55,171 nt of DNA from IMG/VR virus record IMGVR_UViG_3300012971_000890; one strand, written 5' to 3'. The notes under the pieces were generated by a model. It searched no databases and was not told where the DNA came from. It was given only the letters and a program-made list of their open reading frames with translations. This stretch comes from a virus. A program made the position numbers and the translations under genes. Below, one piece after another: positions 26,422 through 35,941 of the stretch (the first letter of the stretch is position 1; every line of letters starts with the position of its first letter).

Positions 26422-27396
26422 TTAAGCCCAGCGCCCGTCATTTTTGTCGCGCTCGCGGACGATGGGGCGGTCCTGGTTCCAGTGTTCCGGCAAAAACTGC
26501 GGGTCCATCGTCTCCAAGAAATGCCCCCGCCACATCTTCACAAAGCTCTCCAGGTCCAGGTACGTTTCGCTGATCTTGGCGACGATGGTTTCCCCGTGCC
26601 GGGCGAAGTCCTCGGTCTGGATCATCGACTCCATCGCATCGGCCCGCTCCATGTCTTCCTCGGTAATATCATGCTTCTTGTAAAAATCTCGAAGGGTATC
26701 CAACAACTCCTCGCGGCGGGCCGGGGGAATGCCTTTCCAATGTTTGCGGAGGGCGTGGGCGTGCTTTTTTAATTTGATGATGGTTTTGTCGTGATGCCAG
26801 CCCGTGCCCATGAGCGGAATGCCGTACTCAAAGGCCAACTTTTCCTTGAGCCGATTAGCCTCCTCCTCGTACTTGTCATGGCAGGCCACGCACAGGAGGA
26901 GGATGTCATGGTAGCTGTGGTCCTTGACAATGGCAGGAAAATATTTCCGATAACACCAGGGGACGACGTGGTGACGGGTCAATTGCACTTTGCTGCCGCA
27001 GACCACGCACTCGTTGCGCTTGCTGGTGAGATAATAGTCGTCCCCCATGTGACCGGGGCCGTTCGGCTGGAATTTTAACTGGATCGTGGGCGGATCGTCC
27101 TTGACCTTCTCGGCCAGGCCCCGGCTCAAGTACCAGTTGATCTTGTCCTGGTTACAATGGAACATGACCTCGCCCTCTGGGTTGAGGACGTGACAGTTCC
27201 CATACAGTCGTGTCTTTAGCGGTCGCGTCATATTCTGTGCCGTCAGCCCCACTATTCTCGCTCTTATTATAGGGGGAGTTTTGCTCACCCACTCAGCCTG
27301 GCGGAAGTCCTCCACCATTCTGGCGGCGTGGTGCAGCGAGGCACAGAAAAGCACTTTGTTGCTGTCCTTGGCCAAAACTAGCACCGGCGTATTCAC
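26422..27396 (-). CDS. HNH-motif nuclease
   Basis: CVVCGSKVQLTRHHVVPWCY ... LLLCVACHDKY (a C..C/HH/C..C core). Confidence 0.55.
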   Translation of the reverse strand: MNTPVLVLAKDSNKVLFCASLHHAARMVEDFRQAEWVSKTPPIIRARIVGLTAQNMTRPLKTRLYGNCHVLNPEGEVMFHCNQDKINWYLSRGLAEKVKDDPPTIQLKFQPNGPGHMGDDYYLTSKRNECVVCGSKVQLTRHHVVPWCYRKYFPAIVKDHSYHDILLLCVACHDKYEEEANRLKEKLAFEYGIPLMGTGWHHDKTIIKLKKHAHALRKHWKGIPPARREELLDTLRDFYKKHDITEEDMERADAMESMIQTEDFARHGETIVAKISETYLDLESFVKMWRGHFLETMDPQFLPEHWNQDRPIVRERDKNDGRWA

Positions 27397-28394
27397 TAGA
27401 CACTCCGCTTCCGAGCCGCGTTGAGCCAGGACAAGTAGAACGCCTCCATGTGTATGTCAATAAAGGCGTCCTCCGGGCCACCCTCCACCTTCCGGTACGG
27501 CAGGAAGACTTCCTCCCACATTGCCTCACTCTCGTCGCAATAGAGCGCCAGGAAACGTTTGTCCTGGCACTGTTCCATATCGCGCAGGTTGCAAGAACGG
27601 TCGAAGAACTTGATGACCTTGGCTTCCCAAGACACGGTTTTCAAATGGTCGCGGTCCATCTTTTTCCGCTCGGCCCGTGGAAGCTTCCAACCCTTGCTGG
27701 GATTGGTCAACTCCAGCACCAAACGGTACACGTCCTCACCCGCCGTGGAAATAATGGCGGTATAGGGGGTGTTGGGGCAGTCCTCGATAACGTCATGCAG
27801 CCACGCCGCCTTGGCCATTCGGAGCCACTGGCCCATCGGAAGGTCACGTCGCCACCAGTTGATGCGGTCGAACACCTGCGAGGGGTGGGTGATATAGGCC
27901 GCGTCAACGTATTTGCGCTTTTGACCTTCGTGGGCACAGTGCGCCAACAGGATGGTATTCTGGAGGCCCTGATCCATAAACATGCCGTGAACGAACATAC
28001 GGCAGTTCACGCAGGTGCCGTCACCGCTCAGGTTCCAACAGGTGTTGCGCCAGTCATGCGGGCAGTTCAATATCTGTTGGAGACGATTGTGGGCCATTTC
28101 CTCAGCCGCAATCCAGCCGCCGGCTTTTTCACCGCTCGCGCCGCCGGTCACCCCGAACTGGCTACGATGAATGGCGTGGTCGTGCCAGTAATCCAGGGCG
28201 GGCAGATGCAACGGCACCGGGAGGACGACGGCGAAGCTACAACTTGGTTCTTCGGGATTCTCGCTGAGAATATAATCCAAACCGAGCTTGCGATTATACG
28301 AGCAGCGAATATCAGCGTCCTCCGGCCAATCCAATTGGCACTGGTACTTACCACCGGGGGGAGGGCCGTTGACGATGGGCACGAGGGGTTTCAC
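27396..28394 (-). CDS. HD-domain (p)ppGpp hydrolase, SpoT/Mesh1-like small alarmone hydrolase, with Cys-rich N-terminal extension
   Basis: HCAHEGQKRKYVDAAYITHP ... AAWLHDVIEDCPNT ... KFFDRSCNLRDM parallel the SpoT HD-domain motifs. Confidence 0.65.
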   Translation of the reverse strand: MKPLVPIVNGPPPGGKYQCQLDWPEDADIRCSYNRKLGLDYILSENPEEPSCSFAVVLPVPLHLPALDYWHDHAIHRSQFGVTGGASGEKAGGWIAAEEMAHNRLQQILNCPHDWRNTCWNLSGDGTCVNCRMFVHGMFMDQGLQNTILLAHCAHEGQKRKYVDAAYITHPSQVFDRINWWRRDLPMGQWLRMAKAAWLHDVIEDCPNTPYTAIISTAGEDVYRLVLELTNPSKGWKLPRAERKKMDRDHLKTVSWEAKVIKFFDRSCNLRDMEQCQDKRFLALYCDESEAMWEEVFLPYRKVEGGPEDAFIDIHMEAFYLSWLNAARKRSV

Positions 28395-28813
28395 TTGTCC
28401 TCCTTCCAGGTCTTGAGAATGCGCTTGACGGCCTGAACACAGTTGCCAGGCATCAGCACAGTCAACACCGGGACATCAGAAGGCATCCGTAGGGTTGAGT
28501 GGATGTCCACCGCGTAATCGGCGGTAGAGGCAAACGGCGGGCAGGCCAGCACGATATGCGGGGTGTTGGCGGCGACCATACCGGACAGAGCGTTGGACCT
28601 CCCTGCCACCGTCACGAAAATGACCCGGCTCTCGTTTTCAAAACGGTTGAGCAGGTCGAGAAGCTGCCGGGGGTTCTTGTGGGCCGAGCAGACGTGCTTC
28701 TCGACCTCCAGCCAATCGTAGCCGCGACTTCCCACCAGGGCGCTTAGCGGTCCCCACAGTTGTTCGACGTGATCGTTGTCCTTCTCGGAGCCGGCAATGA
28801 TAATGACTTTCAT
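28391..28813 (-). CDS. purE: PurE-like (N5-CAIR mutase / AIR carboxylase family)
   Basis: MKVIIIAGSEKD ... CSAHKNP ... VAGRSNALSGMVAANTPHIVLACPP. Confidence 0.65.
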   Translation of the reverse strand: MKVIIIAGSEKDNDHVEQLWGPLSALVGSRGYDWLEVEKHVCSAHKNPRQLLDLLNRFENESRVIFVTVAGRSNALSGMVAANTPHIVLACPPFASTADYAVDIHSTLRMPSDVPVLTVLMPGNCVQAVKRILKTWKEDK

Positions 28814-29049
28814 TTTATCAGGTCCAAAATAAATTCGGGTGTGTATAGAGTAATATCGAAGCCCTTCCCGCTCATTTCCATCAAGACCAGTCGCATGGTC
28901 TGTGCCCGCTTCGGACTGTCGCTCATGATTTTGCGGACGAGGGCCTTGGCCTCGTCGTCCACTTCCTGCTCCGAGAAGAACGGGCCGTGCTTGGAGCAGG
29001 AGAAGACCTCCACCACCAGCAACCAGTATTCGGTGAGTTTTTTGGGCAT
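28810..29049 (-). CDS. hypothetical small protein
   Basis: 79 aa. Confidence 0.4.
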   Translation of the reverse strand: MPKKLTEYWLLVVEVFSCSKHGPFFSEQEVDDEAKALVRKIMSDSPKRAQTMRLVLMEMSGKGFDITLYTPEFILDLIK

Positions 29050-29540
29050 CAGAATTTCAAAAGCTCCTGGGGAATCTCGTCGTAATTCACCACCAGGCGA
29101 TTTTCTTTGGTGAGCCGCCGGATGTCTTCAAGTTTATACTTCTGGCGCTCGCCCATCGTGCGCAGGTCCAATCCTGCGTCAAGAAACTTGCCGAGCGCGT
29201 AATCCTCAACCGCCTGTTTCCACCGCCAGTAGTACCGGATTGCCTCGTGGACGCTGGCATAGCGGCAACGTTCGTAGAAGTCGTCGCGTCGTTCGCTGGG
29301 CATGGATTCGTGTTCCCATTCCCCCAGCTTGTTGAGGCAGCCAAATGTGCCTTTGATGGCCCAGCGATCCGGGGCTTCTCGGTCGGGATTGCCCACGTTC
29401 TTGACGAAAACGCCATGCAAGCGCACGTCGTCAGAGAAGAACTCCCACCAGAATGGGGTGCCGCACAGCAGAGGCTCCGGCCCCAGATAAAATTCCGAGG
29501 CGAGGCTCAGCAAGTCATTGTCACTGATCCGCTCGCTCAT
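29049..29540 (-). CDS. hypothetical protein
   Basis: 163 aa. Confidence 0.45.
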   Translation of the reverse strand: MSERISDNDLLSLASEFYLGPEPLLCGTPFWWEFFSDDVRLHGVFVKNVGNPDREAPDRWAIKGTFGCLNKLGEWEHESMPSERRDDFYERCRYASVHEAIRYYWRWKQAVEDYALGKFLDAGLDLRTMGERQKYKLEDIRRLTKENRLVVNYDEIPQELLKF

Positions 29541-29575
29541 TTTGTTTCTCCAGGGCCAAAAGCAGCCGGTTGCCC

Positions 29576-30547
29576 CTAATCGAGTTTGACATCTCCGGCC
29601 TTCAACCTTTCCCGAATGCGGTCCAGCCCCCGCTCACGCAGTTGCCGAACACGTTCCTTGGTCAGTCCCAAATCCGCACTGATTTCCTTGAGGGTGCGTT
29701 TGCTGCCGTCGCAATCATGCAGCCCAAACCATTCCTCGATGACGAAGCGCTTGCGCTCGTCCTCCTCGCGGTCCAGCAGGCTTAGAAGGCGGGAGACATT
29801 TCTCTGCGTAAGCTCCTTGGCTTCCTCGTGGTCACGGCAATCCTCGTCGCTGGTGTCGAGGCGGGTGTCATATATTCCGTCATCGAAGCCGGTGACGAAC
29901 CGCTCGTTGAAGTTGCGTTCACCGGCGAGATCGCGGGTGAAGTTGTTGAGCAAGACCCAGGTGCCGTAGGTGGAGAATTTGAAACCACGGGTCCAGTCAA
30001 AACAATCCACCGCCTTGACGATATTCAGGTAGGCGTCGGAGAGCAGGTCGTTCACCAGGCTGTGCGCCCGATAAAAGTCCGTGCGTTTGCGAAGCACCTG
30101 AGCGGCCAACCGGGTGTTGGAACACACAAGTTGGTGCTTTACCGTCTCGGCCAGTTTCAAATAGTCCTCCACCTTCTGGAGCTTCTTTTTCATTCGATCA
30201 TATTGATCCCTGGTGGTCGGCTCCTTCTGCCGCAGGGTGCGGGCCAGCCTTTTTGCCCGATACTTGAAATAGTTGAACTTGCGAAACAGGTGATATTCTT
30301 GCTCCTTGTCCAGCAGGGGTTCCTGGTACAATGGAATCAACTCGGTCGGTATATTTTGGCCCTTGAGCTTCGTGACCTCGTTGCGCTTCTCGTTGAATTC
30401 CGCCAGCCGGGGCATGTCGCCAACGATAACGACTTCCTTAGTGCGGTCATCAAAGTCGGGATGGTTGAAAATCTTGAATTTCTTGTTGGTGACGAACGCC
30501 TTGAGTCGTTTGGCCTTCTGCGTAACGTCGTCCTTAACTGCCAGCAT
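29576..30547 (-). CDS. sigma-70 family RNA polymerase sigma factor
   Basis: Region 2 FSTYGTWVLLNNFTRDLA; region 4 HTH KRTLKEISADLGLTKERVRQLRERGLDRIRERL; sits behind the promoter copy with a perfect TATAAT. Confidence 0.75.
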   Translation of the reverse strand: MLAVKDDVTQKAKRLKAFVTNKKFKIFNHPDFDDRTKEVVIVGDMPRLAEFNEKRNEVTKLKGQNIPTELIPLYQEPLLDKEQEYHLFRKFNYFKYRAKRLARTLRQKEPTTRDQYDRMKKKLQKVEDYLKLAETVKHQLVCSNTRLAAQVLRKRTDFYRAHSLVNDLLSDAYLNIVKAVDCFDWTRGFKFSTYGTWVLLNNFTRDLAGERNFNERFVTGFDDGIYDTRLDTSDEDCRDHEEAKELTQRNVSRLLSLLDREEDERKRFVIEEWFGLHDCDGSKRTLKEISADLGLTKERVRQLRERGLDRIRERLKAGDVKLD

Positions 30548-30582
30548 GGCTGCGCCTCCTTTCGGCAGTCCTACGCAGTCTG

Positions 30583-30611
30583 ATTATAGACCAAACCTGG
30601 CCAGTTGTAAA
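30583..30611 (-). promoter_or_regulatory. phage promoter, CTTTACAAC-N17-TATAAT
   Basis: About 36 nt upstream of the sigma-factor gene. Confidence 0.7.
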
Positions 30612-30638
30612 GTGCGTTTGTCCAGGTAGGGATAAGAT

Positions 30639-31043
30639 TTACGGAAGCGGCACGAGAAATGCGTTAAGTGCCTTGACGATCTTCCGCACCCGATACCCGT
30701 TGGGGTGGTCCACAACAACCGTAATTTCCTTGTCAGCCACCGCCCAGGGTTTGCCGGCGGCGTTTTGTTCGATGATGACGTAGATGCAGGTGTTGTGGGT
30801 GTAGCGGCGGCTGTAACCGTGCGTGTCCCAAAGCTCCTTGTCTTGCGGCGTTTGGAAAATAAAAAACTCGTTGCGATCAAGTGCTTGGCGAAGTCGCCGG
30901 CTGGGAGCGCCGTGGGGCGGGTCGTCGTACTCAACGACCAGCCCTGGCCACTCCCGCCGGCAAATACCGAGGACGCCTTTCTCAACCTGGGCGTAGGTCT
31001 TCCCCTCCGGCCACTCATAAAGCAGATCGTAACCGCCGATCAT
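30639..31043 (-). CDS. hypothetical protein (start MIGGYDLLYE...)
   Basis: ATGA overlap with the histidine-kinase stop at 31040. Confidence 0.4.
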   Translation of the reverse strand: MIGGYDLLYEWPEGKTYAQVEKGVLGICRREWPGLVVEYDDPPHGAPSRRLRQALDRNEFFIFQTPQDKELWDTHGYSRRYTHNTCIYVIIEQNAAGKPWAVADKEITVVVDHPNGYRVRKIVKALNAFLVPLP

Positions 31044-33283
31044 CCGATCTCCACCTTGGAGTGTTTCCTGAACAAGTCCTCCAGCACGCCGGGGATCACC
31101 GGCTTGACGAGATATTCGTGGAAGCCCGCCTCGCTCGCTAACATGCGGTGTTTCTCGGAAGCCAAGCCGGTGACCGCGATAATCACCGCTTGCGGCACCA
31201 GACGGCGCAGTTCTCTGCACACCTTGAAGCCGTCCATGTAGGGCAAGCCGATGTCGAGCAGCACCACGTCGGGATCGAACTCATTGGCACTTTTGATAGC
31301 CGCCGGCCCGTCATTGGCCACCCACACGTCGTAGCCCTGCATACGCAGCATGGCCACGAAGCTGTCCGCCGCGTCCACGTTGTCATCCACCACCAGGATG
31401 CGGCAGTCCTTGCTGGGGGCGGTGGGCACGGTAGCCGGCTCTTCGCGGGTGCGACGTGGAGTGATGGGTTCCGGCATGGCCACCCGCTCCTCGCGCCCGT
31501 TGATGACAGGCAGTTTGACGGTGAAGGTGCTGCCAAGGTTCAAACCAGGACTGTGGGCATTGACGCTGCCGGCGTGCATCTCCACGATCTGCTTGACCAG
31601 GCTCAGGCCCACGCCCAACCCGCCCATGCTTCCGGTGACATGGTTCTGGCCGCGCCGTTCCGCCTGAGCGAACAGGTCGAAAACCTTCCCCAGCATTTGC
31701 TCCGAGATGCCGATGCCCGTGTCGGTGATGCTGACGATGGCCTCGCGCTCGTCGCTCTCCATGTCAATGCGAATCTTGCCGCACGCCTCGGTATATTTCG
31801 CGGCATTATTGAGGAGGTTGGTGAAAACCTGCTCCAGACGGGCCAGGTCGCCTTCCACCCACACCGCCATGACCGGGACGTTGATGGTCAGGGCATGATA
31901 ACGCATATCCAGGTTGGGGCGAGACTGCTCGATGGCACGGGCAATCGCCTGCTGGAGTTGGACCGGCTTGCGCTGCAATTGGAGCTTACCCCGGCTGATG
32001 CGAGCAACGTCCAGCAGGTCGTCCAGCAAACGCGAAATGTGCTGGACCTGGCGCTCGATGAGTTGGCGGTGGTCGCGCACCACCGGATCGCAGTCGCCGT
32101 CACGCATCCGCGTCACTTGCAAGCTGGACAGGATGGGTGCCAAGGGGTTGCGCAGTTCGTGGGACAGGATAGCCAGGAACTCGTCCTTGCGGCGGTCGGC
32201 CTCGGAAAGCTCCTCTACCAGTTGGCGGTGTTCGGTCAGGTCGAGGCACAAGGACACCCAGCCGTCCTTGACGGGCGTATAGAGGCCATTCACCCACCGC
32301 TTGCCGATGCCGGGGATGTCCAGTTCGTCCTCGTAGTTGACATGCTCACCGGCAAGGACTTTTTGAAACTTGGGCAGCAACTTGTCGAAGATTTCCTGGC
32401 CGAAGACTTCGATGATGGACTTGCCGATAATGTCCTCGACGGGCCGTTTCAGCCAGCACCCGTAGGGTTTGCTGCACCACAGGACTTTGAAATCACGGCT
32501 GAAGTGGATCACACACGCCGCCATGCCGTCCACGACGGTGTGCAATTGCGCCGTGACCTCGGCCAACTGGTCGGCCTCGTGCTTACGCTCCGTGAAATCC
32601 TGAAGCACCGCGACCCAACCCTCCTTGGTGGGGGTGTACCGGCCCACCACCCAGCGCGGGCCGATGTTGGCGATGTTAATTTCCTGCTCGTATTCGACCT
32701 GCTCCCCGTGGATCGCCTTTTCCCAGAGGGGCCGCAGGATATTGAACGCCTCATCTCCGATAATATCACGGATCGGGCGACCGATAACCTCCTCCGGGGA
32801 CTTCCGCAGCCAATCGCAATACGGCTTGCTGGCCCAGAGGTATTTGTAGTCCCGGTCCAGGTGGCAGACGGCTGCGGCCATGCCGTCCACTACGCTGTGC
32901 AATTGGGTCGTCACACGCGCCAGACGTTCTTCGTGTTTTTTTCGCTCGGTGATGTCGCGGACGACCGCCACAAATCCCATCTCGCAGGGCGAAATCGTCA
33001 TCTCGATGGGAAACTCCTCGCCGTTGAGGCGCTTCGCCCGTGTCTCCACGAGAGAGCCTATCATCGGCCCCCGCCCCGTGGCCTTGTAAGTGTCCAGACC
33101 GGCGCGGACCTGCGGCACCATTCGTTCCGGCACGAACAATTCGTGAACGGATTTTCCCACCAGATTATCCGCCGGGCAGCCGAACATTCGTTCCGCCGCC
33201 GGGTTGAACGTGGTGATGGTCAGGTCTTTATCGGTGAGGATGATTGCGTCCTGCGCGGCTTCCAGAACGGCGTTCAGCATCAT
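31040..33283 (-). CDS. hybrid sensor histidine kinase/response regulator with about four PAS domains
   Basis: H-box HELRNPLAPI; N/G boxes (NLLNNAAKYT, DTGIGI, GGLGVGLS); C-terminal receiver domain (ILVVDDN ... LLDIGLP ... LVKP). Confidence 0.85.
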   Translation of the reverse strand: MMLNAVLEAAQDAIILTDKDLTITTFNPAAERMFGCPADNLVGKSVHELFVPERMVPQVRAGLDTYKATGRGPMIGSLVETRAKRLNGEEFPIEMTISPCEMGFVAVVRDITERKKHEERLARVTTQLHSVVDGMAAAVCHLDRDYKYLWASKPYCDWLRKSPEEVIGRPIRDIIGDEAFNILRPLWEKAIHGEQVEYEQEINIANIGPRWVVGRYTPTKEGWVAVLQDFTERKHEADQLAEVTAQLHTVVDGMAACVIHFSRDFKVLWCSKPYGCWLKRPVEDIIGKSIIEVFGQEIFDKLLPKFQKVLAGEHVNYEDELDIPGIGKRWVNGLYTPVKDGWVSLCLDLTEHRQLVEELSEADRRKDEFLAILSHELRNPLAPILSSLQVTRMRDGDCDPVVRDHRQLIERQVQHISRLLDDLLDVARISRGKLQLQRKPVQLQQAIARAIEQSRPNLDMRYHALTINVPVMAVWVEGDLARLEQVFTNLLNNAAKYTEACGKIRIDMESDEREAIVSITDTGIGISEQMLGKVFDLFAQAERRGQNHVTGSMGGLGVGLSLVKQIVEMHAGSVNAHSPGLNLGSTFTVKLPVINGREERVAMPEPITPRRTREEPATVPTAPSKDCRILVVDDNVDAADSFVAMLRMQGYDVWVANDGPAAIKSANEFDPDVVLLDIGLPYMDGFKVCRELRRLVPQAVIIAVTGLASEKHRMLASEAGFHEYLVKPVIPGVLEDLFRKHSKVEIG

Positions 33284-33308
33284 GGCCTTCCCCTGTCCTG
33301 GGCGATGC

Positions 33309-33701
33309 CTACTCTTCCGGTGGCATTTCCAAAAAGATGTCTGCTTGTCCGACCCCCTGGCCGCTCTGTTTGGCCGCTAGTTTATGAGCCAACTTGAGAA
33401 GCCCCAAAGCGATGTGAGGCGGCAGGTTGTGAACCTCCATGTCCAGGTCCATACCCAACGGCTCGAATTTGGGCAGGAGCAAGACGAAAGGCGGCTGCGG
33501 CCTTTTGCGCAGTTCACCCAGGATTTGGTCTGTTGTAGCCAACTCCAGGTCGAGTTGCAACGGGTCTTTCTCCAGCACGGCATTTAGTTGGTCTTGCAAC
33601 CGCCGTGCCATCAGCTTGTATCGGAGCAGAGAAAAGCCCAGCAACCCCACCAGGACCGTCACGAGGAGGGCGATGACGCCGCCGAGGATGATGTTAACCA
33701 T
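33309..33701 (-). CDS. membrane-anchored hypothetical protein (N-terminal TM)
   Basis: MVNIILGGVIALLVTVLVGLLGFSLL. Confidence 0.45.
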   Translation of the reverse strand: MVNIILGGVIALLVTVLVGLLGFSLLRYKLMARRLQDQLNAVLEKDPLQLDLELATTDQILGELRKRPQPPFVLLLPKFEPLGMDLDMEVHNLPPHIALGLLKLAHKLAAKQSGQGVGQADIFLEMPPEE

Positions 33702-33990
33702 CTGTACCTTCCTTGTAGATCATGCAGTTGGCATACCGTTCGCCGTCCAGGCACCACAGTTGGAGGGAGGCGGTGTCGCAAACCAGCCGCCGCCAGTCAT
33801 CCGGGGGCACGGTTCCAGGGCTGATTATATCACCTGCCCCCATTAAAAATCCATGAGTGGATGGGCAGCGACAGAAGCAACCCTTCTCATCCGCCGCAAT
33901 GTGTGGACACACCCGCGTGCCCTGGCTCTCAGCCCACAACTCGCGCCACAGTTCCATGCCAATCCCCCTACAGGCGACGGAGGGTTTCAC
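33694..33990 (-). CDS. small Cys-rich hypothetical protein
   Basis: 98 aa. Confidence 0.35.
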   Translation of the reverse strand: MKPSVACRGIGMELWRELWAESQGTRVCPHIAADEKGCFCRCPSTHGFLMGAGDIISPGTVPPDDWRRLVCDTASLQLWCLDGERYANCMIYKEGTDG

Positions 33991-34519
33991 TGATGAGCTT
34001 GTCCCGCCACGCGAATATAGTCCAATCGGGTGCTACTTCATACGAATCGTCCGCAGGAAATGCACCGTATCTTACCACAACACCATCGCATGTCAACAAC
34101 AAAGGTTCATTACCGGACAGGAACGCGGGGTTCACGGGGACCACAAACGGTTCGAGGACCAGCCCGTGCTGCGGTCGGCTGGCCTGGCCGATGGTCAGGT
34201 CAAGCATCTGGCCTTTTGAAATCACCACCAGATGCCCCGACCACTTCCCCTCAGTATAACCATATCCCAGGCCGACGCTATAGGAACCGTCCTCCGCGAA
34301 CGCTTTTTCGAGTTCCTGCATGGTGCGCGGCGTCCGGCGCTCGCGCATCCGCTTCGCCAGTGGGGCATTATAAATAATGGCCTTCACCGAGAGGGCGTTG
34401 GCGGGAATTTTGAAAAGGTGCAGCACGTCCAGGGCCAGACGGGTCGCCAGGATGCAACAGTCCGGGCGGTGGTTGCACAGCACTTCGGGCAGCACCTTGC
34501 AGAGCTTTTCGAGCATCAT
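33968..34519 (-). CDS. hypothetical protein
   Basis: 183 aa. Confidence 0.45.
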   Translation of the reverse strand: MMLEKLCKVLPEVLCNHRPDCCILATRLALDVLHLFKIPANALSVKAIIYNAPLAKRMRERRTPRTMQELEKAFAEDGSYSVGLGYGYTEGKWSGHLVVISKGQMLDLTIGQASRPQHGLVLEPFVVPVNPAFLSGNEPLLLTCDGVVVRYGAFPADDSYEVAPDWTIFAWRDKLISETLRRL

Positions 34520-34926
34520 TTACACCAAAAGGGTCCACAGTCTTTGGCACCTTCGACGCTTTTCTTGTAGATGTAGGCTTCCGCCCGCTTGGCCTGATAA
34601 TCCTCGAATACCTTCGGGTCGGTGGGCAGGAAGGCCAGGTTTATTTCCGCGAAGGAAATCAACTTTCGCTCGTAAAGTCCGTGGGCGACGGCCTCCACCA
34701 CGTCAAGCTGTTTCAGGCACTCCTCGTCCACTTCATACAACTCACCATGAACGTGACTGCCCTCGTCGCTAGGTTCCACGAGAGCCGGGTGACCGGACAA
34801 CTGGTGCATCCGGTAGCTGGGCGTGGTCACGCCGATGCCCAGGTAGCGTTGGCCCACCAAATAACGATAACGAGAGTGGGCTTGCTTGAGGGTGCCATAA
34901 ACGAACATTAGATATTTTCTCGGCAT
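34516..34926 (-). CDS. gamma-glutamyl cyclotransferase (AIG2/GGCT-like)
   Basis: YLMFVYGTLKQ N-terminal signature; start taken at MPRKYLMF. Confidence 0.55.
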   Translation of the reverse strand: MPRKYLMFVYGTLKQAHSRYRYLVGQRYLGIGVTTPSYRMHQLSGHPALVEPSDEGSHVHGELYEVDEECLKQLDVVEAVAHGLYERKLISFAEINLAFLPTDPKVFEDYQAKRAEAYIYKKSVEGAKDCGPFWCK

Positions 34927-35015
34927 ATTGCTCCTTTTAGCAGAAAAGCCACCGCGACCCACTAACCACCTGGCGGTAGAGGGTCGGGTGGCTTTCGGCG
35001 CGGTTGCGGCGTCCG

Positions 35016-35330
35016 CTAGGTATTATACTGACGCACGAAGAATTCGTGCATCATGAAGAATACTTTCGTCTTCGAGTCGGCGGGGGCAGGCTTCTTGCGG
35101 CGCTGGTACAGGACATCCAGTCGCAACAAGGCTTCAGCCATATCCGTCTCCCCCTCGCCTTCGATGCCGAAGTGCCGCAGGGTGTTGTTGAGTGCGTTCA
35201 GTCGCTTCTTCGCCTTCCGGTCATGGGCAGCAGCCTCCCGCAACTTCTCGTAGAAGCTTGAGCCGGTCGGCAGCAATTGCAGGTTCATCAACACAGTCAG
35301 ACCCCCTTGTGAAAGGTGCCACCTACTCAT
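35016..35330 (-). CDS. hypothetical protein
   Basis: 104 aa. Confidence 0.35.
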   Translation of the reverse strand: MSRWHLSQGGLTVLMNLQLLPTGSSFYEKLREAAAHDRKAKKRLNALNNTLRHFGIEGEGETDMAEALLRLDVLYQRRKKPAPADSKTKVFFMMHEFFVRQYNT

Positions 35331-35941
35331 ATTACTGCCGTGGAGCCGTCAAACGTAACAGCAAACAGGTTGAGAATCAGATTTTCCAACCCCACCGCCC
35401 GGCGCTCCACGATGCCGGACTCGACGGAGTACCTATACAGCCCCCAGAAAAGCTCCCACAGCCCGGACGGGCCACAAACCCAGGAAGCACTCATTGGGTC
35501 GCCGTACTTCTTGATGACCTTCTCCTCGACCAAGGCGCTTACCTTGACGCGGTTCTCGATGCTGACCACCGGGAACACCAGGAAGAAGGGTTGCAACGTG
35601 TGGGATTTGCAAACGAGCTTCCGTTCACCAAGCTTGAAAAGGTTCCTGGTATCGCTCGTAAGCGCGAAATCCGGCGGGCACAGGAGCCAAACCCCCGGAG
35701 GGATGCCGTTTCCTATAACACTGTCGTAGCGGTCGATAGCACGGGAGTTGTAGGTGCTGCGTCCAGGGACGCAACTCAGCCCCAACTCCGCAATTGTTTC
35801 CTTGCCCTCTGGAGGGATTCCAAAGTCAAGGGCCACTCCTGGCAGGGCGAGGTTCTTCAACGATCTGGCCCACTTGACCCCGCTCGTTCCCCACGTTTTC
35901 TTGTCGAAATCGGTAATAACGACGTGGTTTATTTCATCCAT
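35327..35941 (-). CDS. hypothetical protein (start MDEINHVV...), possible nucleotide-sugar transferase-like
   Basis: Internal ATG overlapping the upstream stop; the track's N-terminal extension is an alternate frame. Confidence 0.4.
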   Translation of the reverse strand: MDEINHVVITDFDKKTWGTSGVKWARSLKNLALPGVALDFGIPPEGKETIAELGLSCVPGRSTYNSRAIDRYDSVIGNGIPPGVWLLCPPDFALTSDTRNLFKLGERKLVCKSHTLQPFFLVFPVVSIENRVKVSALVEEKVIKKYGDPMSASWVCGPSGLWELFWGLYRYSVESGIVERRAVGLENLILNLFAVTFDGSTAVI

